DNA from: Acidilobaceae archaeon
GTDB lineage: Archaea; Thermoproteota; Thermoprotei_A; Sulfolobales; Acidilobaceae
Reading direction: 5' to 3'
Assembly: GCA_038897215.1 (NCBI GenBank)
Contig: JAWAWX010000001.1
Span: 896,001-960,000 of the forward strand
Length of the DNA stretch: 64,000 nucleotides
In this document: positions 1 to 9,819 of the stretch, piece after piece
How positions within the stretch are numbered: the first letter of the stretch is position 1
Layout: every line of letters starts with the position of its first letter
Translations under genes and position numbers: made by a program
Notes under the pieces: model-generated
What the model saw: only the letters and a program-made list of their open reading frames with translations
Database searches by the model: none
What the model was told of the DNA's origin: nothing

Positions 1-335
1 CTAGCCTTAGCCTTAGTCAGCCCTGAAGCCGCGATCTTATCCTTCACCTCTCTCCCCGTAGTCCACCCGAGGAAGTTCAGCTTGTCTACGAGGCTCCAGG
101 GGAGAACGCAGACTGCGAACTCTCTCGTGGAGACTATCTTCTCGTACGTGTACCTCTTCGGAGAGATCGCTACGCCGAGAAGCGGGGGGTCTCTTGAGAT
201 CGGTGTGAGCCACGAGGCAGCCATCGCGCTATAGTCATCCCAGCTCCCCGAGACTACCACGAAGGCTGGTCTGGGGTGGAGCAGGTAAACCCAGTTCCTC
301 AAGGGTAGGTTCTCGAAAGCTTCTGGAAGCGACAC
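1..335 (-). CDS. Flavin reductase-like protein (DIM6/NTAB family), runs off the left edge
   Basis: Manual translation from GTG at 335: MSLPEAFENLPLRNWVYLLHPRPAFVVVSGSWDDYSAMAASWLTPISRDPPLLGVAISPKRYTYE...; LHPRP, MAASW and PP..GVAI motifs. Confidence 0.8.
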   Translation of the reverse strand, partial: MSLPEAFENLPLRNWVYLLHPRPAFVVVSGSWDDYSAMAASWLTPISRDPPLLGVAISPKRYTYEKIVSTREFAVCVLPWSLVDKLNFLGWTTGREVKDKIAASGLTKAKA

Positions 336-389
336 AGCCTAGACCCAGGAGTGTAGACTGGGATCGCTACCGCTATTTAGGTGTTCTCG

Positions 390-1454
390 CTACGCTAAGC
401 CTAATCTCGCCATGAGTTCCGCTATCAGAACACCAGTGCCAGCCGCGCCTCTGATAGTATTGCTACCTAGGACCACGTACTTCACCCCGCCTAGAGCCTC
501 GTCTACTCTCAGCCTACCCACTACTACGCTCATTCCGTTACCCTCCAGCCTGTCGAGTCTAGGCTGTGGTCTGTTCGGCTCTCTCCTCACTACTATCGGC
601 TTCTCCGGCTTCGAGGGGAGGTTTAGCCCTCTGATCTTGTTGCCGGGGAACTCTGCTAGAGCTCTAGCTACCTCCTCTAGGCTCGCTCTCCTACCTAGCT
701 CCACGAAGACTGACTCAGTGTGCCCTTCTAGCACGGGGACTCTACAGCATGTAGCTGAGACCTTGATATCGCTCCTAGGCTTGACCTCTCCCGCCTCCAC
801 GGACCCGAGTATCTTCAGAGTCTCTTTCTCCACCTTCTCCTCTTCTCCTTCAATGTATGGTATTATGTTGTCTAAGATGGCCATAGAGGGTAGCCCTCTG
901 AGACCGGCTCCGGAGACTGCCTGCATAGTCGACACTATGACTCTCCTGACTCCGAACTCGTCGAGTAGAGGCTTCAGAGAGAGCGTCAGTATGGCTGTAG
1001 TGCAGTTAGGGACCTTGACTATAGCCCCGCTCCACTCTCTCCTCCTTCTCTGCTCCTCGATCACCTCGATGTGATCAGCGTTAACCTCCGGGTTTAGTAG
1101 AGGAACGTCTGGATCGAGTCTCATATTGCTGGCATTAGACACTACGACTACTCCTCTCCTAGCTAGCTCTAGCTCGACCTCGCGAGCTATCTCCGCTGGG
1201 AGTGCTGAAAACGCGATCTCGACCCCCTCTCTGGCTATGAGGTCTGGAGAAGTCTCGTGCACCTCTAGGTCTCTTACCTTCTCGGGCATAGGGGTCTCTA
1301 TAGCCCACTCTACAATATCTCCATATCTAGCTCCAGCACTCTTCTCCGAGCCTGTCAAAAGCTCTAGCCTGAACCAGGGGTGGTTTGCTAGCAGGAAGAC
1401 GAACCTCTGCCCCACGAGACCCCCCGCTCCTAGAACGGCTACTCTCCTCTTCAC
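390..1454 (-). CDS. asd: Aspartate-semialdehyde dehydrogenase
   Basis: GAGGLVG Rossmann motif, catalytic PNCTT, QAVSGAG, RVPVLEGH, NTIRGAAG; start placed at GTG 1454 (track starts 1484). Confidence 0.95.
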   Translation of the reverse strand: MKRRVAVLGAGGLVGQRFVFLLANHPWFRLELLTGSEKSAGARYGDIVEWAIETPMPEKVRDLEVHETSPDLIAREGVEIAFSALPAEIAREVELELARRGVVVVSNASNMRLDPDVPLLNPEVNADHIEVIEEQRRRREWSGAIVKVPNCTTAILTLSLKPLLDEFGVRRVIVSTMQAVSGAGLRGLPSMAILDNIIPYIEGEEEKVEKETLKILGSVEAGEVKPRSDIKVSATCCRVPVLEGHTESVFVELGRRASLEEVARALAEFPGNKIRGLNLPSKPEKPIVVRREPNRPQPRLDRLEGNGMSVVVGRLRVDEALGGVKYVVLGSNTIRGAAGTGVLIAELMARLGLA

Positions 1455-1610
1455 GCCAACCGCCCCCGCTCTAAGCCACTCCACCTAGACCAAGCCGTAT
1501 TAGCTTCGCTTAAGCTAGCTATCCCGAAGACTGACAGCGAGCCGAGAGCAGCGCTCATGGCTGATTCGAGACTCCGAGAGCTTTTCCCGCAAGCTCGGCC
1601 TATGTGGAGC

Positions 1611-2720
1611 TCAGGTCTCTATGAGTTCTTCGTGGAGTCTCCGGAGAGTCTCTATGGCGTCTCCTCTCAGTATTTGCATCTTTAGCACAGGTCTTCCCAG
1701 AGGTAGCTCTATGCCGTCTACCTCGATGCCCGCTTTTAGGAGAACGTTGAGAGCTCTCAGCGCTCCCTCTACTCTGCTCTCTAGCTCGCCTATGAGAGCT
1801 ATAGTTTGCTGGCTCGTGCTAGATATTGTTGCTATCTTGAACCCAAAGCGGTGAGGTTTGCTCGATACTAGCGTGCCTCTCGATCTCCACGACCGGATCC
1901 TCAAGTCGATAGGTCTAACCTTCATTAACGGCTCGAGAGCCTTGGGATTCATTCTCTTAACCCCGTGGAGTGATGCTTCTGCAGCTTCGAGATAGCTCAG
2001 GCTATTGACTACTCTAGCTGAAGGGATTAAGCGAGGGTCAGCGCTCATTATCCCATCTACTTCAGTAACTAGCTCTGCCTCAGCTCCCAGAATAGAGGCT
2101 ATCGCTGTAGCCGTGTAATCGGAGCCTCCTCTCCCTAAAGTAGTCACTCTACCCTGGGGCGTAGCGCCCACAAAGCCCTCCAGGATGGGTACCGCTCTAG
2201 CCTCGACGGCTGCTCTATACATCTTCTCTACTCTGGGGCTTGTCAGCTCGTAGTCTATGCTGGCATCTCCGTGTCTCGCATCGGTTACTATGACGTCTCT
2301 AGCATCAACCTCGAAGACTCTCAACCCCTGTGTCTCCAGAGCCTCCCTCATGACCATCTTGCTTAATCTCTCCCCATAGGATAGCATGAGGTCTGCTAGA
2401 GCTGGAGAATCGGGGTCTCCTAGATCGGCTATCTTCTCTAGCTCGCTGAGCTCTTCTCTAAGCCTCCTCACACCAGGAGTGGAGCATAGCTCTTCGCAGA
2501 TCTCGGTATATACTCGGGCAACCGCTACATACGCTTCTCTAGCGCCTCGCGAGGCTTGAATAAGGAGGTCTGTGATACCGCGAGCTGCTGACACGACTAC
2601 CACCATATTCTTTCCTCTTGATTCAAGAGTCTCCGCGATGTTCTCCGCCGCCTTAGCGTAAGACTTAGCGCTATCGAGTAGAGAGCCCCCGATTTTCAGC
2701 ACTAGGGCATCTGTCTTCAC
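1611..2720 (-). CDS. lysC: Aspartokinase
   Basis: KIGGS, VVVSA, TTLGRGGSDYTA, DGIMSADPR. Confidence 0.92.
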   Translation of the reverse strand: MKTDALVLKIGGSLLDSAKSYAKAAENIAETLESRGKNMVVVVSAARGITDLLIQASRGAREAYVAVARVYTEICEELCSTPGVRRLREELSELEKIADLGDPDSPALADLMLSYGERLSKMVMREALETQGLRVFEVDARDVIVTDARHGDASIDYELTSPRVEKMYRAAVEARAVPILEGFVGATPQGRVTTLGRGGSDYTATAIASILGAEAELVTEVDGIMSADPRLIPSARVVNSLSYLEAAEASLHGVKRMNPKALEPLMKVRPIDLRIRSWRSRGTLVSSKPHRFGFKIATISSTSQQTIALIGELESRVEGALRALNVLLKAGIEVDGIELPLGRPVLKMQILRGDAIETLRRLHEELIET

Positions 2721-2727
2721 TAGTCTC

Positions 2728-3756
2728 TCAGCCCCCTTCTAGAGCTATGCTTAAGATGTCGTCGAGAAGCGTGTGTGCTGTCTCTAGAGCCCCTCCTCCT
2801 CTCCCGATGAGGACCACGGGCCCCACGTCTGTCTCCACGACTACACCGTTATCCAGCCCTCTCACGTTAGCTAGGAAGGATTCTCTCTGCAGTCTCTTCA
2901 GAGACACTCTGCCCAGGGACCTCTTGGCGTCAAGTTCCGCCACGTACTTCAAGACGAATCCTTGCTTTGCCGCTGCCACTACATCCTTCAATGTGACAGA
3001 GTCTAGAGGCTCTCTCTCGATATCCTCTAGTCTCAGAGGGCGCCCTATGAGGTGCGAGACTATGACGAGCTTGGCGGCCGCGTCAACACCCCTGATGTCT
3101 AGAGAGGGGTCTGGCTCGGCTACGCCTATCGCTTGAGCTTCTCTGAGAGCTTTCTCAAATTCTACTAGCTCCTCCTGCATCAGTGTAAGCACGTAGTTAG
3201 TAGTCGCGTTGAGCACCCCCTCTACTCTAATGACGTCACGGCTCCTCATAGACGAGAGCATGGCTATGAATGGAGAGCCTCCCATCACAGTCGCTCCAAA
3301 CCTGATAGATAGCCCCCGCTGTCTAGCAGTACTCGCTAGCTCCTCGAACGCCAGAGCTAGGGGTGCTTTATTAGCTGTCACTACGTGGACTCCTCTACTC
3401 AAAGCTAGCCTTATGTGAGAAAGACCGGGCTCGCCTGTCTCGTAGTTTGAAGGCGTGACCTCTACGTGGATATCGGGTCGCGCCTCCTCGAGGAGCTCCT
3501 CTAGACCCCACCCTCCTCTACCGTAGGGCTCGAAGTCCTTGAGGCTAGACCTGGGTAGCTCGGAAGCCTTCATCAACTCGTAGGGCGTGAAGCCTTCGCT
3601 CTTCACGATACAGCCTCTCGAGTCCGCTACCCCTGTGACCTCGACTAAGACTCCATGCCTTCTAGCTATCTCCTCTCGCTTTACGGCAATAGTCTTGACT
3701 AGAGCTCTACCCACAGTCCCGAAGCCTGCTAGAACAACCCTAACTCTCCTCAACAC
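2728..3756 (-). CDS. hom: Homoserine dehydrogenase
   Basis: GFGTVG, VVTANK, GVLNATTNY, AEPDPSLDIRGVDAAAK. Confidence 0.95.
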   Translation of the reverse strand: MLRRVRVVLAGFGTVGRALVKTIAVKREEIARRHGVLVEVTGVADSRGCIVKSEGFTPYELMKASELPRSSLKDFEPYGRGGWGLEELLEEARPDIHVEVTPSNYETGEPGLSHIRLALSRGVHVVTANKAPLALAFEELASTARQRGLSIRFGATVMGGSPFIAMLSSMRSRDVIRVEGVLNATTNYVLTLMQEELVEFEKALREAQAIGVAEPDPSLDIRGVDAAAKLVIVSHLIGRPLRLEDIEREPLDSVTLKDVVAAAKQGFVLKYVAELDAKRSLGRVSLKRLQRESFLANVRGLDNGVVVETDVGPVVLIGRGGGALETAHTLLDDILSIALEGG

Positions 3757-4684
3757 TCAACACCTCCGCTCCTCTAGCTGAAACTGTGCTCACTATTGTC
3801 TCAGCTATCACACCCTGATCGGCCAGGAAGTCTCTAAGTCTCTCCGCTAGTCTTCTAGCGCGCTCAATACTCTCAGCTATGAAGAAGACGGAGGGCCCAG
3901 CTCCGCTTATGTTGAAGCCTAGAGCTCCAGAGTCTAGAGCTAGCTTCTTGAGCTCTCCATAGTATGGTATCATCTGCGACCTCCTAGGCTCCGCTATCAC
4001 ATCAAACGAGACTGCTTCTCCGATCTTCTTCAAGTCTCCAGCGGAGATCGAGTAGACCAGCTTAGCTATGTTGAAGGATTGAGCGACATGCTCCTCTAGG
4101 CTGAGAGAGCGTGGGAGCAGAGACCTCGCGTAGCCAGTCTTCCTCTCAGGCACGTCCACGAGAGGGATGACGACACCCACGGGGACCTCTACCGGGGGCT
4201 CTATCTTGATGAACTCCCCGCCTCTAGGATTGGAGATCACGAAGCCTCCTAGGAGGCTCGCAGCCACGTTGTCGAAGTGCCTGGAGCCCGAGACGTACTC
4301 CTCTCCTCTCGCAGCTATCGAGATCACTTCCTCCACGCCTAGCTCTACTCCTAGAGCTACAGCGAGAGCCATAGCTGTGGCCACAGCCGTCGCTGCAGAG
4401 CTACCGAGACCTCTCGATGGGGGGACTCCCTTGTCTACCGTTATCTCTAAGCCTGCGCTCTCTACCCCTAGCTTCTCTAAGAACGCTTTAGCCACGATGT
4501 ATGCGACGTTCTCCTCGCCTGAGGGGACTCTGGGGTCTAGAGAGTGGACAATTATGCCTGACGAGTTCTTGCTCACGGTTACTCTAACCACGTCTCTAGG
4601 ACCTTCTAGCGCGAAACTCAGGATATCGAAGCCTGGGCCGACGTTAGCTACCGTAGCCGGAGCCGAGACAATAGCGCTTCTCAC
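3740..4684 (-). CDS. thrB: Homoserine kinase
   Basis: PATVANVGPGFD, GLGSSAA, HFDNVA, ISGAGPS. Confidence 0.95.
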   Translation of the reverse strand: MRSAIVSAPATVANVGPGFDILSFALEGPRDVVRVTVSKNSSGIIVHSLDPRVPSGEENVAYIVAKAFLEKLGVESAGLEITVDKGVPPSRGLGSSAATAVATAMALAVALGVELGVEEVISIAARGEEYVSGSRHFDNVAASLLGGFVISNPRGGEFIKIEPPVEVPVGVVIPLVDVPERKTGYARSLLPRSLSLEEHVAQSFNIAKLVYSISAGDLKKIGEAVSFDVIAEPRRSQMIPYYGELKKLALDSGALGFNISGAGPSVFFIAESIERARRLAERLRDFLADQGVIAETIVSTVSARGAEVLSVEES

Positions 4685-4687
4685 TGA

Positions 4688-4800
4688 GCCCCCTATAGGG
4701 GGCGTCCTTCCAAGCGCGAGTAGCCCCCGGGGCCTCTTAGTGTTTGGCGCAATCGAGTCACCTTTTAGCTCACTCGCTAACAGAGCTAGAGCTTAAATAC
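4688..4800 (-). promoter_or_regulatory. Putative promoter and structured leader of the thrB-hom-ask-asd operon
   Basis: TATA-like TTTAAG within 4791-4800 (minus); perfect palindrome GCCCCCTATAGGGGGC 4688-4703, 3 nt before the thrB GTG; SD-led 19-aa uORF 4752-4693. Confidence 0.45.
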
Positions 4801-5180
4801 TTCTATCAGTCTCTCAGCGTTACCACAGCTCTTCTCTAAGCTCTAACCCCACTCTTGCAGGAGCTTCGCGAGGCTCCCTCTCCGCTACTAGCTCGCTCGG
4901 GAAGGCTTAGCGCTCGAGGTCTTAGAGTTATAGAGGCGACTCGTGCCCTCGGGTTCGGCGCTCGCGGAAACACCTAGACCGGTGTGTGAACTGTGAGAGT
5001 GATGAGACGGGCTTAAGGCTTGATGGTAACGAGACTCGGGGAGCGTTCTCGGGCTTCTCGTGAGCGTATAGACACGAGAGCGGAGCGCTTAGGAGCTATG
5101 TCGCGATGACCTGCTGGAAGTGTTATCGCTCTACTTTTAAGCATTAGTGAGAGCTTGAGTTCTAAGACTTGGTGGGATAG

Positions 5181-5879
5181 CTGCCACTAGAAGAGCACAT
5201 CTACCGCATCGTCGTCCTAGCTCTCTTATCCGTAGCTGGATTCATGGATGTAAAGGCTAGAGAAGTACCTCCTCTCTACTGGGCTCTAGCGATCGCTATA
5301 GCCACACCTATCACTCTATACTCCTACACGATTCTCAATATAGGCTTAGCAGTAATAGCCGTGAACGTCCTCCTCTCCCTCTCGCTAACTCTACTCGTCT
5401 ACGTGCTCTATAGGGAGTGCGTAATGGGAGGAGCGGATGTTCTAGCGCTCCTCTTCCTCTCTCTAAGCTCTCCAGTATTCCCTGACTCCTTCATGCCAGG
5501 GCCTTTTCTCGCAGTATTGTATGCAGTCGTGCCAGTACTGGTCTACCACATCTACTCGGTTAGGCTAGTGTGTAGAGATATCAGGTGTCTTCTCAGACTA
5601 GAGTTCGAGATTCCCGCTTGGAGACTCATGGAGGACTCGAGGCTAAGGTGGTGGATCGTCTTGAGCGGCAGTGAGGAGTATTGTGAGGTAGAAGAGGATG
5701 CTCCTCAAGCAGCAGCTAGGATAAGCGGCGGGAACCCCAACGCGATCCTTAGAGCAACACCCGGTCATCCGTACATAGCTCATCTAGCCGTGGGCTACAC
5801 TATGGCGTGTATTATCGGAGACTATCCTCTAGAAGCGCTCATAGCCGCTTTAGTAGAGCCTGCTAGACTAGCGGGATAG
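5181..5879 (+). CDS. A24-family (prepilin/preflagellin) peptidase-like membrane protein
   Basis: D-x-K-x-REVP and MGGAD aspartyl motifs, hydrophobic helices; first helix lies upstream of ATG 5244, in-frame CTG at 5181 follows SD GGTGG. Confidence 0.75.
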   Translation: MPLEEHIYRIVVLALLSVAGFMDVKAREVPPLYWALAIAIATPITLYSYTILNIGLAVIAVNVLLSLSLTLLVYVLYRECVMGGADVLALLFLSLSSPVFPDSFMPGPFLAVLYAVVPVLVYHIYSVRLVCRDIRCLLRLEFEIPAWRLMEDSRLRWWIVLSGSEEYCEVEEDAPQAAARISGGNPNAILRATPGHPYIAHLAVGYTMACIIGDYPLEALIAALVEPARLAG

Positions 5880-5888
5880 GGGGAGAGC

Positions 5889-7202
5889 TTGAGAGTACTG
5901 TTGATTCACGCTGAGAGATTCTCCTTCAGCTCAGAGCAGGAGGCTCTCGAGAAGCCTCCAGACCCCCCGGCTTCGGGGAGTTTTGAGAACTGCCTCGTCG
6001 TATTCGTTACCGTAGAGGAGGGAGACGGTGCTGACGAGGCTAGATTAGCCGCTGCCGATGCCGTAGCTCAAGCTAAGACTGTGAGAGCTAGCGCTATAGT
6101 AGTCTACCCCTACGCTCACCTCTCGAGTAGAGTAGCTAGGCCCGAGGAGGCCTACGGGGTCCTCCTCGAGCTAGAGAAGGCGATTTCGAGCATGTGGGAG
6201 GGTCTCGTGGCCAGAGCTCCCTTCGGCTGGTATAAGTCGTTTCAGCTATCGTGCAAAGGACACCCCCTAGCTGAACTCTCGCGTTCATTCGCGGGAGTCC
6301 AGGAGGTTAGGTATAGAGGGCTTCCTCTCGAGGAAGCTGTTGCCCTAGAGCTAGTCGACGAGAGAGCTCTGAGGAGACCCCCCTGGGATAAGGATGTACT
6401 CGAGGCATACTCTAGGCTGAGATTCGACTCGCTAGAGGGGAGGAGGGCTCGAGTAGAGCTGGAGGAGAGAGCCTTCCGAGCACTAGGTCTCAGGAAGCTG
6501 GCTAGAATCAGCGAGCCTCGGTGGACCCACGGGCTTCGAGGAGTAGCAGCACTAGCATCGCTCTGCTCTAAGCTAGAGCCGGGAATACTGGCCTCCTGGG
6601 GAGACGTTGGGGACTCTGTGGCGTCGACTGAGGTCGACCCTAGAGGCTTCCTCTCCGAGATAGACTCGGAGCTAGCATCGATGCTGGAAGAAGTGAAGCT
6701 GGGAGAGGAGGGGCTGAGCGTCTCGAGTCTACAAGGCTCCGTCTACGCGTATAGAGCTAGAAGCGGGGGCCTGGCTCCTCTAGTGGTAGAACTGCCTAGA
6801 CTCAAATGCCTCGGCCCTCTCTCCTCTATCGTGCTCAGCCTGATAGACTTGGGTCTCAGGAGAGCAGAGAGAGGTAGAACGCCGAGCCTGCCCTTCTGGC
6901 TAGCCCCTATCCAGGTAGCTCTCCTACCAGTCTCCGAGAAGCACTCGAGCTTCGTTGAGCGCGTTGCCGAAAAACTCAGCGAGATAGGAGTGAGATTCAC
7001 TGTCATGAAGGAGGGGGGCCTCGGCTCGAGGATACGAGAGGCTGGAAGAAGCTGGGTCCCCATAGTGGCTGTTGCTGGAGATAGAGAGGTAGAGACGGAG
7101 ACTCTCTCGGTTAGAAAGAGGTGGGAGGAGGGGAGGCAAGAGGTTCTAACTCTCAACGAGTTCCTATCGCTAATTGCTGAACTTAAGAGAAGACGATTCT
7201 GA
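5889..7202 (+). CDS. Free-standing threonyl-tRNA synthetase editing subunit (ThrRS-ed)
   Basis: N-terminal archaeal editing domain (YPYAHLS, RAPFGWYKSF, CKGHPLAELSR), C-terminal anticodon-binding domain (LPFWLAPIQV), no intact catalytic domain. Confidence 0.9.
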   Translation: MRVLLIHAERFSFSSEQEALEKPPDPPASGSFENCLVVFVTVEEGDGADEARLAAADAVAQAKTVRASAIVVYPYAHLSSRVARPEEAYGVLLELEKAISSMWEGLVARAPFGWYKSFQLSCKGHPLAELSRSFAGVQEVRYRGLPLEEAVALELVDERALRRPPWDKDVLEAYSRLRFDSLEGRRARVELEERAFRALGLRKLARISEPRWTHGLRGVAALASLCSKLEPGILASWGDVGDSVASTEVDPRGFLSEIDSELASMLEEVKLGEEGLSVSSLQGSVYAYRARSGGLAPLVVELPRLKCLGPLSSIVLSLIDLGLRRAERGRTPSLPFWLAPIQVALLPVSEKHSSFVERVAEKLSEIGVRFTVMKEGGLGSRIREAGRSWVPIVAVAGDREVETETLSVRKRWEEGRQEVLTLNEFLSLIAELKRRRF

Positions 7203-7225
7203 GAGAGTAGAGGAGGGCAGCTAGC

Positions 7226-8440
7226 GTGACCGCGGAGAGTGTCGGAAGGAAAGCTATTGTGAGCGACGTGTTTAGAGAAAACCCGGAGCTTGCTAGCAGA
7301 CTTAGAGACTACGTGGGCAAACTCTTCAGCAAGCTTAGAGAAAAGTGGAGTCCAAGTCTTAGACTCAAGATCATGGATTTCTGTGGCACTCACGAGTGGA
7401 CCATAACTCACTACGGCTTGAGGGCTCTAATGCCCGAGGGGCTAGAACTCGTAGCCGGCCCCGGTTGCCCTGTTTGCGTGACGCCATCTAGAGACGTTGA
7501 GGCAGCCATAAGGCTCTCCTTGGAGGGAGTGACCGTCTACACCTACGGAGACGCTTACAGGCTGAGAGCTCTAAACCCAGTTGATGGAGCGTACTCTCTA
7601 GCCGATGCTAGAGCTCTAGGAGGAGACGTGAGGGTAGTCTCGAGCTTCTACGACGCTGTAGAAGACGCGAGGAGACACGGAAAGCCCTCCGTCTTCTTCG
7701 CTATAGGCTTCGAGACAGTTGCTCCCGGGTACGCGAAGACTCTGCTGAGGGGAGTAGTGCCGGCTAATCTCAAGATACTGAGCTCCGTCAGGCTAACCCC
7801 TCCCGCTATGTTCTACTCTCTCAGCATCCTTAGAGAGAAGCCTCCCGAGCCTCCGGTCATGGGGGTAATCGCTCCCGGGCACGTCTCGACGATAACGGGG
7901 GCTAAGGCTTGGGTGCCTGTAGCTGAAGCCTTCGAGATACCAGTAGTCGTGGCTGGCTTCGAGCCCATCGACGTACTCCTAGCTATCGCATCCATACTGA
8001 GACAGCTCCTCCAGGGGAGAGCAGAAGTAGAGATCGAGTACAAGAGAGCAGTAACCTTCGAGGGGGATCTGAGCGCTCAAGCAGCTATAGCCAAGGTCTT
8101 CGAGACTGTCGATGCGGCATGGAGAGGCATAGGGTTCCTCCCGAGAAGCGGGCTCGAGCTCAGAGAGAGATACTCGGAACACAACGCTAGAGTAGAGTAC
8201 GGGATAAAGCCCGAGAGCCCCGAGGAGTGGAGGAAAGACACACCGCCCGGCTGTAGGTGCGCTGAGGTAGTCTTAGGCAAAGCCAAGCCGACAGACTGCC
8301 CTCTATACATGAGAGCATGCACTCCAGAGAGCCCCTACGGTCCCTGCATGGTCTCAATGGAGGGGACCTGCGCTATCTGGGCTCGCTTCGGGGGCGGCAG
8401 AGTGGCTATAGATATAGCTAGAGAGCTGGGTCTAGAGTAG
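7226..8440 (+). CDS. hypD: Hydrogenase maturation factor HypD
   Basis: CGTHE, GPGCPVC, GFET, PGHVS, C-terminal Cys cluster GPCMVSMEGTC. Confidence 0.97.
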   Translation: MTAESVGRKAIVSDVFRENPELASRLRDYVGKLFSKLREKWSPSLRLKIMDFCGTHEWTITHYGLRALMPEGLELVAGPGCPVCVTPSRDVEAAIRLSLEGVTVYTYGDAYRLRALNPVDGAYSLADARALGGDVRVVSSFYDAVEDARRHGKPSVFFAIGFETVAPGYAKTLLRGVVPANLKILSSVRLTPPAMFYSLSILREKPPEPPVMGVIAPGHVSTITGAKAWVPVAEAFEIPVVVAGFEPIDVLLAIASILRQLLQGRAEVEIEYKRAVTFEGDLSAQAAIAKVFETVDAAWRGIGFLPRSGLELRERYSEHNARVEYGIKPESPEEWRKDTPPGCRCAEVVLGKAKPTDCPLYMRACTPESPYGPCMVSMEGTCAIWARFGGGRVAIDIARELGLE

Positions 8441-8453
8441 CGGGTGCTCTCTC

Positions 8454-8753
8454 ATGTGCTGGGGCACTCCAGCGATACTAGTGAGAGTGCTAGACGATAT
8501 AACGGCCGAGGTCGACTTCGGCGACGGAGTGCCTAGGAGAGCAGTCCTCGGCCTAGACCCCAGCAGGGTCAGCTCTGGGGACGCTGTGATCGTCCACGCT
8601 GGAGTAGTAGTATCTAAGCTCAGCTACGAGGAGATAGAGGACGTGATAAGGTACCTGGAGGAGCTAGCCTCCCTCACTGGAGACGAGCCCCCTAGAGACA
8701 TAATAGAGAAGCTTAGGAGAGTCCTGGAGGCGGCTAGGAGAGCTGGTGAATAG
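8454..8753 (+). CDS. hypC: Hydrogenase maturation chaperone HypC
   Basis: N-terminal MC(W)GTP, VIVHAG, position between hypD and hypE. Confidence 0.92.
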   Translation: MCWGTPAILVRVLDDITAEVDFGDGVPRRAVLGLDPSRVSSGDAVIVHAGVVVSKLSYEEIEDVIRYLEELASLTGDEPPRDIIEKLRRVLEAARRAGE

Positions 8754-8755
8754 CG

Positions 8756-9808
8756 TTGCCGCGCCTAGATAGGTACGTGAAGCTAGCTCACGGCTCTGGA
8801 GGCGTTGAGATGCACGAGCTAGTCGAGAGCATAGTGTTCTCTAGGATAAAGAGGAAGAAGGTGGAGGGAGGGCTGGGCGTAGACAAGCCCGACGACGGAG
8901 CCTTGATACCGTTGAGTGATGGGGGTTATCTCGTAGTCTCGACTGATAGCTATACAGTCAACCCCCCATTCTTCCCCGGAGGCAACATTGGAGTCTTGGC
9001 TGCCTCAGGCTCTATAAACGACGTGCTGATGATGGGCGGGAGACCTATTGCAGCTCTAGACTCGATCATAGTAGAGGAAGGCTTCTCCTTCGACGACCTC
9101 GAGGTAATAGTCGAGTCAATGATGGAGGTTTTCAATAGCGAAGACGTAGCGGTCATCGGGGGAGACTTTAAGGTGATGCCTCGAGGGTCTCTAGACAAGA
9201 TAGTGATCAACACGACGGTCTTAGGCATAGCTAGGAGACCTATAGTAGACGAGCCTAGAGAAGGCGATAAGATAGTAGTCAGCGGCTATCTGGGAGACCA
9301 CGGAGCCGTCATCATGCTCCTCCAGATGGGCTTAGAGAAGAGAGTTGAGGAGCTCGAGAAGGGGCTCTTGAAGAGCGATGTGAGACCCCTCACTAAGCTA
9401 ATGATACCGCTCGTGGAGAAATACGGGGAATACATACACGCTGCCAGAGACCCGACGAGAGGAGGCCTAGCCGGGGTCCTCAACGAGTGGGCTAGAGCCT
9501 CGGGCTCAGTGATAGTAGTCGAGGAGAGCAGGATCCCCGTGAGAGCTCCTGTCAGAGACTACGCGGAGATGCTGGGAATAGACCCGCTATACCTGGCTAG
9601 CGAGGGAGCGGCCGTGCTCTCAGTAGACGGGAGCGTTGCCGAGGACGTGGTGGAGTTCATGAAGAGACTTGGCTTCGAGGAGTCTCGGGTAATAGGGGAG
9701 GTTAGGAGTAGCGAGAAGTACAGAGGCTATGTTTTGATGAAGACAGTCGTGGGCGGGTACAGGCTTCTAGAGCCTCCTCGAGGAGAGCTAGTCCCGAGAA
9801 TCTGCTGA
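8756..9808 (+). CDS. hypE: Carbamoyl dehydratase HypE
   Basis: LAHGSGG, DPTRGG, C-terminal PRIC. Confidence 0.97.
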   Translation: MPRLDRYVKLAHGSGGVEMHELVESIVFSRIKRKKVEGGLGVDKPDDGALIPLSDGGYLVVSTDSYTVNPPFFPGGNIGVLAASGSINDVLMMGGRPIAALDSIIVEEGFSFDDLEVIVESMMEVFNSEDVAVIGGDFKVMPRGSLDKIVINTTVLGIARRPIVDEPREGDKIVVSGYLGDHGAVIMLLQMGLEKRVEELEKGLLKSDVRPLTKLMIPLVEKYGEYIHAARDPTRGGLAGVLNEWARASGSVIVVEESRIPVRAPVRDYAEMLGIDPLYLASEGAAVLSVDGSVAEDVVEFMKRLGFEESRVIGEVRSSEKYRGYVLMKTVVGGYRLLEPPRGELVPRIC

Positions 9809-9819
9809 GGAGAACCTAG

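Noticed and set aside
1450-1612. Open frame in the ask-asd gap
   Set aside because: No recognisable motif or initiation signal.
4990-5070. Possible C/D sRNA starting GTGATGA at 4999
   Set aside because: No convincing terminal D box or stem; 4800-5170 remains unexplained.
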